From: Phoronis australis
Taxonomy: Eukaryota > Animalia > Phoronida
DNA length: 64,000 nt
Direction of reading: 5' to 3'
NCBI GenBank assembly: GCA_002633005.1
Contig: NMRA01000560.1
Coordinates: 211,740 to 275,739, forward strand
Position 1 is the stretch's first letter; every line of letters begins with the position of its first letter. The position numbers and the translations under genes are program-made. This document shows positions 62,461 to 64,000 of the stretch, one piece after another. The notes beneath the pieces were generated by a model. It ran no database searches. It was given only the letters and a program-made list of their open reading frames with translations, and was not told the DNA's origin.

Positions 62461-64000
62461 TCAGCTTTTCAAACAAATTTCCAAACACAATGCAGCACTT
62501 TCAAACATGATTAAGCGCCAAAAATACTGGAATTGATACCTGGGCCCTGTCATTGATATTTTTACAGGAAATAACTCGAAATTATGTTTGGCATTTTGTA
62601 CTTTACTCTTGTGCGAACTCAAGATAGGTGTCTATTATTCTATGCTCCTGTACATAATGACTTACGTGGTTATTTTATTAGTGATAGTTTACAGTTAATA
62701 ACCCCAACAAGAAGCCAGCTCAATAAACTGGTATGTTATGAAATCCATTCTAGTTACTTCACAAAAAATAAGCAGAGCTTGGAATGAACAATAACAAAAA
62801 CAGAGGAGAAATTACCAGTTAATGTATTGATACACAAAAAATAGGCATGTGTGATAGACATTTTTGGTTGTAAAATTTACCTGAACTAAACATTTAATAA
62901 AGTCGAAATAATGTTAAAAAGAGGAAATCGACACCAAAAAGATATCCTCTTAAAAGAGGAAAAGTCCAAGCCCTGATCAAGTCTGTATTCTGCAGGCTTC
63001 AAAGTGTAAATAAATGCAACTGTCAGCATTATACCTTCTTGAAATTCTCAAGGCGAGCTCTCTTGTTATGACGTTTTCACAGGTGCTTATTTCACCAACA
63101 GTCTTCCTCATCTGCAAGTACAAAAAAATGGGTGAAACAAGACCTCATCCCCAATATAGCACTTTTATAGAGAAAAAATTAGCAACCATATTTACTTGAA
63201 GCTAATATGATAGCATAAGGTGTCTGCTGGTCACAACTTTTTTTCAAAAAAGGCAGACTTTTTATAATCAGGTGCGCCCAAAGGTTCAAACCTGGTCAGA
63301 AATATCCCTGGGCAACCATAACACACAGTTCCAAAAAAGATGATAACATAGCTGCATACAGGCCTTCATGCAGCGTACTAATGTAGCAGCCTTGGCAAGG
63401 ACGCCCAATGTATCATTTGGACGCCCTGTCAATCAGAATTTCTCCAGTTTGGACACCCACATTGAAAAATTACTAAGACTCCCAGTTAATCAAAGCTGGA
63501 AGTTGGCCCTTTCAACTCGGAAAGAAATATACAAAGTATTTAAAATGTTGCAATATTCAAACTATTTGGTAAACCTGTCAATCATTAGCAGTGGTTGGTT
63601 GCCAGAGTGTCTGCTTTCAATAGACTCACATGCTACTGCTATTCTGTACTTTATATAGGGACATGGACCTTGGTTAACTCCAAACTGGTGTTTCAGAGCT
63701 GTAATTTCATGTACTTCATCTTTTTTTTAAAAATACCAAAAGCAAAATAAATGTCATTATTTTAATAATATGATGTGCCGCAAGAATATCCCCATTTAAA
63801 ATGTTTGAGTTTCCGCCTGTTTCATGCTTTTTCTATGTGCGTCTAAAATGGAGCAGCAGTGACACCTGTTGTCAAAATATAAACCACACATCATCTGTGC
63901 ATTTTTCTTTTGTTGGTAACTGCAGCTTTGATGACTCATTGTACAGAATATAAAGCTAGTGAAGTTGATATACCGTAATCGTTCGGGTTAACGCCCTGGG

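Overview
AT-rich, repeat-dense window from an invertebrate animal genome; it is a draft assembly with many single-N joins and one long N gap (57888-58303). Host genes are an intronless melatonin-receptor-like class A GPCR (220-1239) and a multi-exon RBM48 on the minus strand (~31626-44430; first exon not found). Most of the rest is transposon-derived: Helentron-associated (HINE/DINE-1-like) elements with internal tandem repeats, non-autonomous Kolobok elements, MITEs, and Penelope, Tx1/L1, L2/CR1 and Gypsy fragments. The standout is a ~9.26-kb DNA transposon (13685-22941) with 49-bp TIRs and two convergent spliced genes. One gene is a decayed P-element/THAP9-like DDE transposase with a YqaJ/lambda-exonuclease domain inserted between its first and second catalytic aspartates; the other encodes a multi-C2H2 zinc-finger protein. 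Several apparent tandem duplications flank single Ns and are most likely allelic overlaps. Some of them expose filled versus empty transposon sites.
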